The translations under genes and the position numbers were made by a program. The notes under the pieces were generated by a model. That model saw nothing but the letters and a program-made list of their open reading frames with translations. It made no database searches and was not told where the DNA came from. Shown here in pieces: positions 1-9,022 of a stretch of 64,000 nt of DNA (position 1 is its first letter; each line of letters starts with the position of its first letter). Source of the DNA: an uncultured Verrucomicrobiota bacterium (GTDB taxonomy: Bacteria > Verrucomicrobiota > Verrucomicrobiia > Limisphaerales > UBA9464). The stretch spans positions 17,415-81,414 of the forward strand of contig CAJAHH010000111.1 of the NCBI GenBank assembly GCA_903939515.1, written 5' to 3'.

Positions 1-2
1 GA

Positions 3-209
3 CGCGACAGCGTCTTCATCGCGGGACAGGCCTTCTCGTGGATCCCTTACCTGCGCAACTTATGGATTCACCGTAGAAACAAATCGTTCCAGATCACCTG
101 CCCTGCCTGCAGTCGTAATAGCCCTTCGGACTACCGACACTGTCCGGAGTGCGGGCAGGTGCTCTCCGTAGCCCTGGACAAGGAGTCAGTCCTTACCAAA
201 AGCCATTGA
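3..209 (+). CDS. 3' end of a gene starting upstream of the window; zinc-ribbon-like C-terminus
   Basis: Frame 3 is open from the window edge to TGA at 207-209. It translates to ...ITCPACSRNSPSDYRHCPECGQVLSVALDKES... (CxxC-N10-CxxC). It overlaps the end of the next gene convergently. No start codon in the window. Confidence 0.3.
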   Translation, partial: RDSVFIAGQAFSWIPYLRNLWIHRRNKSFQITCPACSRNSPSDYRHCPECGQVLSVALDKESVLTKSH

Positions 210-1424
210 GGGATTGCAGAGCGGTGCCAGGGCAGCCACCTCCGGTGCCTCGGGATATTCGAAGACTTCTCCCTCGAAATTTCTAAGAATTATCTTGGTG
301 GCTGATTTGCGCAGAATATAGCCCGGATTGACCGGAATTTTGCCACCGCCACCCGGGGCATCGATGACATACTGCGGGACAGCGTAACCGGTGGTGTGGC
401 CCCGCAGAGAATCCATGATTTCCAACCCACGCGACACCGTGGACCGCAGGTGGGAACTCCCTGAAATGAGGTCGCACTGGTAAATGTAATACGGCCGGAC
501 CCGGCACATTAGAAGCTTCTGGACCAGCGCCTTCATCACCACAGGTTCGTCGTTGACGTGGCGCAGCAACACCGACTGATTGCCCAAGGGGATACCAGCA
601 TCGGCCAGTCGCCCTAACGCCTCGCGGACTTCGGTGGTCAGTTCTCCGGGATGGTTGGTGTGGATGCTGACAAAGAGCGGGTGGAACTTCCGGAGCATGG
701 TACACAATGCCGGTGTGATCCGCTGCGGCAGAAAAATAGGAATACGGGTGCCGATCCTCAGAAATTCGACGTGGGGAATCGCTCGCAAACGGCCCAGCAA
801 ATACTCGAGTTTTTCGTCGCTGAGGAGCATTGGATCGCCGCCACTCAACAGCACATCTCGAATCTCGGTATGCTCGGCGATGTAGGCGATTTGGCGGTCG
901 AATTCAGGGTGAAAATCGTAGCCACTGGCGTTGCTCACCAGTCGGGATCGGGTGCAATAGCGGCAGTAGGCCGCGCATCGGTCGGTCACCAAAAAAAGGA
1001 CGCGGTCGGGATAGCGATGCACAAGGCCTGGCACCGGCGAGTGATCGTCTTCGCCGACCGGATCCAATGTTTCCCAAGGGGCGGTCGTGGTCTCCTCCAA
1101 CCGCGGAATAACCTGACGGCGGATGGGGCACAACTCATCGGAGGGGTCGAGTAAGTTGAAGTAATACGGGGTGATGGCCATCGCCAACTTCGACTCCCCG
1201 GCCAGAAGCACTCCGGCTCGCTCCTCTCGAGTCATGCTCGGCAACAAGCGCTCCAACTGGTCAATTCGAGTGACGCGGTTCTTGAGCTGCCACTTCCAAT
1301 CGTTCCATTCCGCGTCCGGGACTGAGGCCCAACTCCCCTTCCCTGCGGATCGGAACGTTTTCAAGGTGAGCAATTGTTCCTGATCTTCGGATGAACCTTC
1401 TTGAGAGGGGAGGGATGACTCCAT
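186..1424 (-). CDS. kamA: KamA-family radical SAM enzyme, lysine 2,3-aminomutase-like
   Basis: 412-aa ORF with radical-SAM box CAAYCRYCTRS and KamA-type N-terminal WNDWKWQLKNR motif. The length fits KamA rather than the shorter EpmB. Confidence 0.85.
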   Translation of the reverse strand: MESSLPSQEGSSEDQEQLLTLKTFRSAGKGSWASVPDAEWNDWKWQLKNRVTRIDQLERLLPSMTREERAGVLLAGESKLAMAITPYYFNLLDPSDELCPIRRQVIPRLEETTTAPWETLDPVGEDDHSPVPGLVHRYPDRVLFLVTDRCAAYCRYCTRSRLVSNASGYDFHPEFDRQIAYIAEHTEIRDVLLSGGDPMLLSDEKLEYLLGRLRAIPHVEFLRIGTRIPIFLPQRITPALCTMLRKFHPLFVSIHTNHPGELTTEVREALGRLADAGIPLGNQSVLLRHVNDEPVVMKALVQKLLMCRVRPYYIYQCDLISGSSHLRSTVSRGLEIMDSLRGHTTGYAVPQYVIDAPGGGGKIPVNPGYILRKSATKIILRNFEGEVFEYPEAPEVAALAPLCNPSMAFGKD

Positions 1425-1457
1425 GAATGCGGCAAGTTAGGAGGGGGCTTCGTAGAG

Positions 1458-2348
1458 TCAAGGACACGAACGCGGTCCGAGCGTCAGTCGCCCCCCTGCC
1501 TGAAGCCGATGATAGGGCTGCAGAAGGGCCTGGCATCGGGCTTCAAAGTCCGCGGGCGAGGCCGTATTAAACTCAAACAATTCGTAGTGGCACGGGACCA
1601 CGGCGCCCATACCCGATTGATAGGCCAGTGCGGCAGCCTCATGGCCCCAGAGATTGCCCGCGACCCGGCGCTCGGGAGATCGACCGTTAATGGGCAGAAA
1701 GGCGAGATCGATCCGGGCTTCTCTCAAGCAGTCGACCATGCCTGGGAAGAGGACTGTGTCGCCCGAATGATAAAGAGTCCACGAACCCACCCGTATGATG
1801 AAACCCAAGCAAGACAAGCGACCCATCGGATCGCAGTCCAACGCCTCATGGGCCGCGGGTACGGCTTGAATTTGAAAGGGTCCAACGGTCGCTCTTTGCA
1901 TCGATCCAGTTCCCGCGGGCCGGCCGGGGGATGGAGCGTCTAGGCCAATGAGCGACTCGTGTGGCAGGCCAGAGCGGGCCGCGGCCAAACTGCGAATGGC
2001 CTCGGGGAAAACGAGCCGCAGGCCCGGGTTGGAGCGGGCCAACGGGATGAGTGTTTCCGCATCGAGATGATCGGTGTGGGCGTGCGTGGCCGTGACAAGC
2101 CCGACACCCGAAATGAGGGAGGGATCGACCACCCGTTCGGTCATGCGCACATGGGGCTTGTCGGTGGCGGCGTATTTGCTCGTCAGGGAGTCGGAGAGGT
2201 ACGGATCGAGCAGCAGTCGATTCTCGCGCCACTGGATCAAAAATCCGCTCTGCCCCAACCACCACACATGCAGCGACTCGGGCGCCGACTCCCTGGCCCG
2301 GTCCAGGTCGGCCAAAAACACATCGTCCTGCTGAAGAGGAATAATCAT
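1458..2348 (-). CDS. MBL-fold metallo-hydrolase (UlaG/COG2220-like)
   Basis: 296-aa ORF with metal-binding motif TATHAHTDHLD and N-terminal WWLGQSGFLIQ, typical of this fold. Confidence 0.75.
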   Translation of the reverse strand: MIIPLQQDDVFLADLDRARESAPESLHVWWLGQSGFLIQWRENRLLLDPYLSDSLTSKYAATDKPHVRMTERVVDPSLISGVGLVTATHAHTDHLDAETLIPLARSNPGLRLVFPEAIRSLAAARSGLPHESLIGLDAPSPGRPAGTGSMQRATVGPFQIQAVPAAHEALDCDPMGRLSCLGFIIRVGSWTLYHSGDTVLFPGMVDCLREARIDLAFLPINGRSPERRVAGNLWGHEAAALAYQSGMGAVVPCHYELFEFNTASPADFEARCQALLQPYHRLQAGGRLTLGPRSCP

Positions 2349-2396
2349 GTCAGGATCTGAAACTGGGGCTGAAAACCGGAAGCCAGGTCCGTTGAT

Positions 2397-3446
2397 TCAG
2401 AGAGTTTGTCGGACCAGAGCCGCACCGGCACACAGCGCCTGCAACTTGCGTCGCGCTGCCCAACGGGCCGTCTGACTCAGTCCGCAATCCGGAGCCAAAA
2501 CCAACCGGTCTGCCGGCACATATTCTAGGCATCGACGCACGCGGGCGGCGATGTCCTCCGGCGTCTCGATGTAGTAGCTCTTCACGTCCACGATGCCCAC
2601 GGCTACGTCACGATGCCGCGCCACCTGCGCGATCAACTCCAATTCCGAGAACTCCCGACTGGCCATCTCCACGTGCATCTCATCGCAGTGCATGTCGAGA
2701 AAGGCAGGAAACAGTGGCGCTATCTGCCGCGGACCGATGGCCCGGGCCTTGTAGTTGCCGAAGCAGAGGTGCATGCAAACGCGAGTCTTGCCAGTGACCG
2801 TTTCCACCGTCCGATTGAAGAGGTCTACGAAACGTCGGACGTCTTCCCGGTAGCCATAGCAACTCATCGAAGGCTCATCGACGCTGATCTCGCGACATCC
2901 CGCGGCGACCAACGCCTCCAATTCTTGGCGTACCAAGGGCAGGAGAGCTTCAGTCAGTGCCCAACGGTCCGGGTAGCCCAAATCGGCGTTGGGCAAGAGG
3001 CGACCGGACAGCGTGTAGGGACCGGGAATCGAAGCCTTCAGCGTCACCCGGCTGGCCGCGCCCAATTCGCGGGCAACGGTCTCCAGGCGACGGTATTCCT
3101 CGACGGCTCCCAGTCCGCGAGGGGCCTGCAATGGAGCCACGACTGCGTGGCGTCCCCGCTGGTCATGAGCAGGCGGACCCCATCGACGGGGCGAGGCCGA
3201 CTCCAGATCGATTCCCTGAAGGTAGCCGTAGAAGCTGAGATTGAAGTCCAACCGGCTTTGTTCGCCATCGGTGATGACATCCAATCCCGCAGCCAACTGA
3301 TCCTTCACAGCACAAGTGACCGCATCGGATTGCAGTTCACTCCGGTCCTCCGAACCAAAGCGATCCAGATGATGCGAGGCATGCTCTAACCAGGCCGGAA
3401 ACGGATAACTGCCGATGACAGAAGTTCGCAAGGGGCACTGATTCAT
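2397..3446 (-). CDS. Cobalamin-independent methionine synthase catalytic-domain family protein (MetE C-terminal-like)
   Basis: 349-aa ORF with motifs IGSYPFP, ITDGEQSRLDF, HLCFGNY and APDCGL. These match the Meth_synt_2 zinc-site pattern. Confidence 0.7.
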   Translation of the reverse strand: MNQCPLRTSVIGSYPFPAWLEHASHHLDRFGSEDRSELQSDAVTCAVKDQLAAGLDVITDGEQSRLDFNLSFYGYLQGIDLESASPRRWGPPAHDQRGRHAVVAPLQAPRGLGAVEEYRRLETVARELGAASRVTLKASIPGPYTLSGRLLPNADLGYPDRWALTEALLPLVRQELEALVAAGCREISVDEPSMSCYGYREDVRRFVDLFNRTVETVTGKTRVCMHLCFGNYKARAIGPRQIAPLFPAFLDMHCDEMHVEMASREFSELELIAQVARHRDVAVGIVDVKSYYIETPEDIAARVRRCLEYVPADRLVLAPDCGLSQTARWAARRKLQALCAGAALVRQTL

Positions 3447-3494
3447 AAGGTGGGAAAAGACACCGTAAAAAGAAACTCTCGCAACCCAGGCAGC

Positions 3495-4334
3495 TCAGTC
3501 GAAAATGACTGTCCGGTTGCCCGCCAAAAACACGCGGTCTTCAAAGACCAATCGAAGCGCCTGCGCCAAGGCGAATTGCTCGACATCGCGACCGGCTCGG
3601 ACGAGATCCGCGGCGGCGTGGGTATGGTCCACAGGGATCACCTGCTGGACCAAAATAGGACCCGCATCCAGGTCATCGGTCACCAGATGAGCCGTGGCCC
3701 CAATGACCTTTACCCCACGCTGGAAGGCCTGATGGTAGGGCTTGGCTCCCACAAAGGCCGGAAGGAAGGAATGGTGGATGTTGATAATCCGCGACGGGTA
3801 TTGGCCCACGAAATCGGGAGACAACACTCGCATGTATTTGGCCAAGACGAGGAACTCAGGCTGGATTTCGTCGAGAATGCACCGCACGGCCGCCTCGTGG
3901 GCCGCACGTTCCAACCCCTCGGCAGGAACATGATGGAAAGGAACCTCAAACTTGCGAACTAGGTCGCCCAGCACGGCATGGTTGCTAATCACGGCCTCGA
4001 TCCGGGCATTGATGCCTCCGAATTGATGGCGTATGAGCAAATCTCCCAGGCAGTGGTGTTCGCGGGAGGCCAACACCACGATCCGCTTGGGCCCGGGCTG
4101 CGCCAAGCGGACCTGTGCACCGGTCGGTAGACTGGACAGGGTTTCCGCCACGAGCTGTTGCCCAGTCGCGGAACCCTCAGGACCATCGAATTCGGTGCGC
4201 ATGTAGAAGCGCCCCGACGCGGCATCTACGAACTCTTGATTACCAACGACGTTACAACCATGGCGGAGCAGCACACCACTGATGGCGTGCACCAAGCCCC
4301 GTTGATCCGGGCACTCGACCAGAAGGACCGCCAT
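3495..4334 (-). CDS. purU: Formyltetrahydrofolate deformylase
   Basis: 279 aa. N-terminal ACT-like segment (LLVECPDQRGLVHAISGVL) plus formyltransferase core NIHHSFLPAFVGAKPYHQA...ATAHLVTDDLDAGPIL. Confidence 0.9.
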   Translation of the reverse strand: MAVLLVECPDQRGLVHAISGVLLRHGCNVVGNQEFVDAASGRFYMRTEFDGPEGSATGQQLVAETLSSLPTGAQVRLAQPGPKRIVVLASREHHCLGDLLIRHQFGGINARIEAVISNHAVLGDLVRKFEVPFHHVPAEGLERAAHEAAVRCILDEIQPEFLVLAKYMRVLSPDFVGQYPSRIINIHHSFLPAFVGAKPYHQAFQRGVKVIGATAHLVTDDLDAGPILVQQVIPVDHTHAAADLVRAGRDVEQFALAQALRLVFEDRVFLAGNRTVIFD

Positions 4335-4346
4335 GGTTGAGTGGGT

Positions 4347-5822
4347 TTAGTTCCGACGACCACGCCCACCTCGGCGATTGCCATTGTCGCGGCCACGATC
4401 TTCACGTCCGCGGCGCTCACCACCCTCCGAACGGTCCGAACGGGGGGCAGGAGCCGGAGCTTGACCGTTCTCGCGCAACCAGAGACGGCGTTCAATGTCA
4501 TCCATCCGGTCCCAATTGGCCGGCTTGGGCACCTCGACAGGAGCAGCTCCTCCGAAGGACTCGGGAACAGACTCAGCCTGGGGCTGCGGGGCTCGCTGGG
4601 GACGCTCCGAAGGCTCCTCCATGCGACGAGGGGCACGACCACCCTCGCTGCGTTCGCCACCACGGTCAGGACGTTCACTCCGCTCGCCGGTGCGCCCACG
4701 GGTTTCTTCACGCGGCGCGCGCTCCTCGCGCTGCGGACGCTCAGCCCGCGGTTCACGAACTTCACGAACTTCGCGAGGCACGGCGCTCTCACGCGGAGCA
4801 ACACTCTCACGGGCTCCGCGCGGATCGCGATCGCCACCTCGGCCCCGGCCACCGTCACGGCCTCCAGAGCGCTCTCCACGGTCATCGCGAGCGCGTTCCT
4901 GACCCCGTTCTTCACGCGGGCGATCTTCGGTGCGCTCCGGGCGAGCTTCGCGGCGCGGTCGGGCTGCCGGGGCTTCGGCCGGGGCTTCACCGATGTGGGC
5001 ATACAACTTGGCTAATCGGCGAGCATGCTCGTCGTAGGCCGATTCAAACAACTGGGAGGCCTTCTCATTGCCCACCAGCGCGGGCGCCGTGAGCACTGTC
5101 GGAGGCTTTCCAGCCTCGGTGAGCAGCGCAGCAACCTCGACCTTGATGGCATTAATGAGCATGCACCCGCCGATGGTGGAACCGGGACCCACGGGGGTTT
5201 CGAGACCCGGGACCTCGATCATGGCGTCACCCGCCGGAGCACCGGTGTCGAGAACGACGTCGGCAAAGTCCTGCAACTTGCGGCCATCGCGGCGCTGGCT
5301 GCGACTGGCCTCGCTATGGGCCTTGGAGATGATGGCTACCACCTTCACGCCACGGCGCTTGAACTCCTCCGCCATTTCAATCGGCACCAAATTGCATCCC
5401 GACGAGGAGGCCACCAGGGCGGTATCCTTAGGGGAAAGGTCGTAGTTGCGGAGGATGCGGGCGGCCAAGCCGTGGACGTTCTCCAAGAACATCGCCTGCC
5501 GCTGTCCATTGGCACCCACCACGAGGTTGTGGAAGCTCAGGGAGAGCTCCACGATGGGGTTAAACCCGGGGAACGATCCGTAGCGGGGCCACATTTCCTC
5601 AACGAGGATGCGGCTATGGCCGGAGCCAAAACAATGCACCATTCGGCCAGCCAGGATGGTCTCGGCAAAGAGGTTCGCAGCCTCCGCGATGGTCTCCTCC
5701 TGGGCGACGGCCGTGTCCAGAAGACTGCGGCACTGGTCAAGATAATCAGCGATCACGTGAGGTAGACTATCAGAACCCCCCACCGGAAGTGGATGCCAAA
5801 GATTGACCTTCGATCCATTCAT
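4347..5822 (-). CDS. SIS-domain protein fused to a ~220-aa Arg/Glu/Gly/Asp/Pro-rich low-complexity tail
   Basis: 491-aa ORF. The N-terminal ~265 aa look like a SIS/UPF0309-type sugar-phosphate-binding fold (CFGSGHS, ASSSGCN). The rest is a charged repeat-like tail (REVREVREP, GGRDGGRGRGGDRD, NRRGGRGRRN). Confidence 0.7.
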   Translation of the reverse strand: MNGSKVNLWHPLPVGGSDSLPHVIADYLDQCRSLLDTAVAQEETIAEAANLFAETILAGRMVHCFGSGHSRILVEEMWPRYGSFPGFNPIVELSLSFHNLVVGANGQRQAMFLENVHGLAARILRNYDLSPKDTALVASSSGCNLVPIEMAEEFKRRGVKVVAIISKAHSEASRSQRRDGRKLQDFADVVLDTGAPAGDAMIEVPGLETPVGPGSTIGGCMLINAIKVEVAALLTEAGKPPTVLTAPALVGNEKASQLFESAYDEHARRLAKLYAHIGEAPAEAPAARPRREARPERTEDRPREERGQERARDDRGERSGGRDGGRGRGGDRDPRGARESVAPRESAVPREVREVREPRAERPQREERAPREETRGRTGERSERPDRGGERSEGGRAPRRMEEPSERPQRAPQPQAESVPESFGGAAPVEVPKPANWDRMDDIERRLWLRENGQAPAPAPRSDRSEGGERRGREDRGRDNGNRRGGRGRRN

Positions 5823-5878
5823 CCCGGAGTTGCATCCTGGGCCCCAACAAAACCAGACTCACCGACTCTCCCGATGCC

Positions 5879-8800
5879 ATGACTGTCCCTTTATACCTGG
5901 TGCGGTTTTCCGGCTATTTTGCCGTAATACTCCAATTTCTAGTCGGGAACCTTCGATTGGCCGCCGCCGAACCCGCAGTTCCCTTTCCGGCGGACCACGC
6001 CGAACGCTTCACCCGCGGCCTTGAACAGTTCCGAAAAGAAATTCGACCGCTCCTGACCACGCACTGCCTGAAGTGCCACGGTGGCGAAAAAACACAAAGC
6101 GACTTCAGTCTGGCCAGCCGCGAAGACCTTTTGAAGGGCGGAGCCGAGGGTCTGGCCATTCGTCTGTTTGACGGACCGGGCAGCAAGCTAGTCCGCTTGG
6201 TCTCCCGTACGGACAAGCCTCATATGCCCTCCAAAGGAGAGCCTTTGCCCGAGGCTTCGGTCAAAGCCCTCTCTGAGTGGATTCACAACGGAGCCCCCTA
6301 TGACGGCCCGCTCATTGCCGGACGCTCCAGCGGAACCCAGTCTGGGTCCGATTCAAAGACGCTCAAACCCTTCACCGGATGGCCGTACCAAAGGCTAGTC
6401 CGGGTCACGCCTCCCGAGGTCCCGTCCGCAGGCTCCCACCCGATCGATGCCTTCATCCAGGCCCGCCTAGTGGAGAAAAACCTCTCACTCAATCCCGAGG
6501 CCGATCGGCGCACCCAGCTCCGTCGGGCCTCCTTCGATTTGCTCGGCCTGCCCCCTACCCCGGCTGCTCTGGAGGCCTTTGAACTAGATTCTGCCCCGGG
6601 GGCGTGGGAACGGGCGATCGACACACTGTTGGCCCAACCTCAGCACGGCGAGCGCTGGGCGCGTCATTGGTTGGATGTGGCACGATTCGGCGAAAGCTCA
6701 GGCTTCGAACACGACTACGACCGACCAGGCGCCCATCACTTCCGGGACTTTGTTATCAAGGCTCTGAATGCCGATATGCCCTACGACCAGTTCGTGCAGT
6801 GGCAGTTGGCCGGTGACGAGTTCGAGCCAGGGAACCCGCTGGCACTGATGGCCACAGGATTTCTTGGAGCCGGGGTGTTCCCCACGCAAATCACTGCCAA
6901 CGAGGTGGAGCGGACCCGCTACGACGCAATGGACGACATGCTGTCCACCACGACCTCCGCCATGCTCGGTATGACCGTGGGGTGTGCCCGGTGCCATGAC
7001 CACAAGTTCGATCCCATCCCCACCCGGGATTATTACCGACTGCTGTCGACCTTCACCACCACCGTCCGCAGTCAGCGGCAACTCGACCTCAATCCGGAAC
7101 AGACCCAGCGACGATTGGCCGCCTTTGAGGCCGACCACACCCAATATCAGGCCGAACTCACTCAGTACGAGCAAACCGTGCTCCCCAATCACTTCGAGAC
7201 GTGGCTGGGATCCGGGGCCGCACCGAAGGTCGCGGCCGACTGGGAATTTCTGGAGTCCCCCGTCTGGAAATCCCAAAGCGGCGCCAGCTTCAAGGCAATG
7301 GCCGACGGGTCCTTCCTGGCCGAGGGCAAGAACGCCGACCACGATACCTACACCTTCACCGGACAAAGCCCGAGCCCGAAGCTGCGATCGCTGCGCTTGG
7401 AGGTGCTGCCCGATCCGAGCCTACCCCATGGCGGACCCGGCCGGGCCGACAATGGAAACCTGGGGCTGAGCCGCATTCGGGTCTTTGCCCAACCGTTGTC
7501 GGGAGGCGAGCGGCAGGAGATCCTCTTGGTGCGACCTCGGGCCACCTTCGAACAAAACACCGGCAACCTGTCTATCGCAGGATCGTTGGACAACGACCCA
7601 CACACCGGATGGGCGGTCGACCCAAAATTCGGCACCCGACACGCTGCCATCGTGGATTTCGAGTCTCCAATCCGGATAGCCGGAGGCGTCCGCTTGACCG
7701 TCGAATTGGAGTTCAAGGTTAATAGCCGTCACCACATCGGACGGCCGCGCATTTCGGTGACCTCAATGACCGCAGCCCCGTTCGACTCCGAAGGCGTTCC
7801 GGCCGGAATCGCCGGCCTATTCGAGCGACTCAAGACCCCAGAAAGCGGCCCCGCCTCGTTCTCGGCCAGCGAACGGAAGACGCTATTGGATTGGTGGAAG
7901 ACTTCGGACGCGGGCTGGAGCCAAGCCCACCAAAAGGTCCAAGCCCACGAGAAAAACCGTCCCAAGCCCGAGTTGACGCAAGTCCTCATGTGCGGCGAGG
8001 GCTATCCGGCCCTTCGTATGCACACTCAGGGCGGAGACTTCTTGCCGGAGACCCATTTCTTGCATCGGGGCAGCGCCGACCAAAAACGCGGGGTCGCCAG
8101 CCCGAGCTTTCTACAAGTGCTCATGAAGTCGCCCGACTCCGAATCTCATTGGCGCTGGCAGCCACCCACCGGAGCCCCGTATTCGGGCCGACGACGCTCG
8201 CTGGCCCTTTGGATGACCGACAGCCATGACGGTGCGGGGCACCTGCTCGCCCGGGTGATGGTCAACCGCCTATGGCAGCACCACTTCGGTCAAGGGCTTG
8301 TTGCCACACCCAATGATTTCGGCGTCCAGGGGGGCAAACCTTCGCACCCTGAACTGCTCGATTGGCTGGCGGGCGAACTCATCCGCGGGGGCTGGCGACT
8401 CAAGCCCCTGCATCGCCTGATGATGACTAGCCGCACCTATCGCCAGTCCTCAGCGCCCTCCGAGGCGAAGGCTCAGCAAGACCCAAACAACTCACTCCTG
8501 TCTCGACGTGTTCCAAGCAGGCTCGAGGCCGAGGCCATTCGCGACACCCTGCTCTGGATCACCGGTGCCCTCGATGCCACCCCGTTCGGGCCTGGGACCT
8601 TGGATGAATCCAGCCGTCGCCGGAGCATTTATTTTACGATCAAACGCAGCCAACTCATTCCGGCCATGCAGGTCTTTGATGCCCCAGAACCACTGGTTAG
8701 CCAGAGCACCCGTCCAGCCACCACCGTTGCGCCCCAAGCCCTTTGGCTTATGAACAACCCGAAAGTTCGGGAGTGGGCCACTGGATGGGCCCATCGGTCG

Positions 8801-9022
8801 GCGAACAACGCGACCCAAGAACCGTCCCAATGGGTTACAATCGCCTACCGACAAGCCCTGCAGCGATCTCCCAGCCCGGTGGAATCGAAGGCCTCCATCG
8901 ACTTCCTGAAGCAACAAACTGAACGGTACCGGCAGGCAGGGAGCGCTCGACCTGAATTGCAGTCCGCCACGGATTTGCTGCAAACCCTCATCAGCCTCAA
9001 CGAGGTCATCTATGTGGACTAA
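5879..9022 (+). CDS. PSCyt1 (heme c CxxCH) / DUF1549 (PSCyt2) / DUF1553 (PSD1) protein
   Basis: 1047 aa with an N-terminal hydrophobic signal, CLKCHGGEK heme-c motif, central CARCHDHKFDPI box and a DUF1553-type C-terminus. The stop overlaps the next gene's start by 11 nt. Confidence 0.85.
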   Translation: MTVPLYLVRFSGYFAVILQFLVGNLRLAAAEPAVPFPADHAERFTRGLEQFRKEIRPLLTTHCLKCHGGEKTQSDFSLASREDLLKGGAEGLAIRLFDGPGSKLVRLVSRTDKPHMPSKGEPLPEASVKALSEWIHNGAPYDGPLIAGRSSGTQSGSDSKTLKPFTGWPYQRLVRVTPPEVPSAGSHPIDAFIQARLVEKNLSLNPEADRRTQLRRASFDLLGLPPTPAALEAFELDSAPGAWERAIDTLLAQPQHGERWARHWLDVARFGESSGFEHDYDRPGAHHFRDFVIKALNADMPYDQFVQWQLAGDEFEPGNPLALMATGFLGAGVFPTQITANEVERTRYDAMDDMLSTTTSAMLGMTVGCARCHDHKFDPIPTRDYYRLLSTFTTTVRSQRQLDLNPEQTQRRLAAFEADHTQYQAELTQYEQTVLPNHFETWLGSGAAPKVAADWEFLESPVWKSQSGASFKAMADGSFLAEGKNADHDTYTFTGQSPSPKLRSLRLEVLPDPSLPHGGPGRADNGNLGLSRIRVFAQPLSGGERQEILLVRPRATFEQNTGNLSIAGSLDNDPHTGWAVDPKFGTRHAAIVDFESPIRIAGGVRLTVELEFKVNSRHHIGRPRISVTSMTAAPFDSEGVPAGIAGLFERLKTPESGPASFSASERKTLLDWWKTSDAGWSQAHQKVQAHEKNRPKPELTQVLMCGEGYPALRMHTQGGDFLPETHFLHRGSADQKRGVASPSFLQVLMKSPDSESHWRWQPPTGAPYSGRRRSLALWMTDSHDGAGHLLARVMVNRLWQHHFGQGLVATPNDFGVQGGKPSHPELLDWLAGELIRGGWRLKPLHRLMMTSRTYRQSSAPSEAKAQQDPNNSLLSRRVPSRLEAEAIRDTLLWITGALDATPFGPGTLDESSRRRSIYFTIKRSQLIPAMQVFDAPEPLVSQSTRPATTVAPQALWLMNNPKVREWATGWAHRSANNATQEPSQWVTIAYRQALQRSPSPVESKASIDFLKQQTERYRQAGSARPELQSATDLLQTLISLNEVIYVD

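Noticed and set aside
4226-5092. Several 130-260-aa ORFs in other frames and strands over the low-complexity region
   Set aside because: They are by-products of the repetitive GC-rich sequence that encodes the RE-rich tail of the SIS protein. None has a plausible start context or family match.
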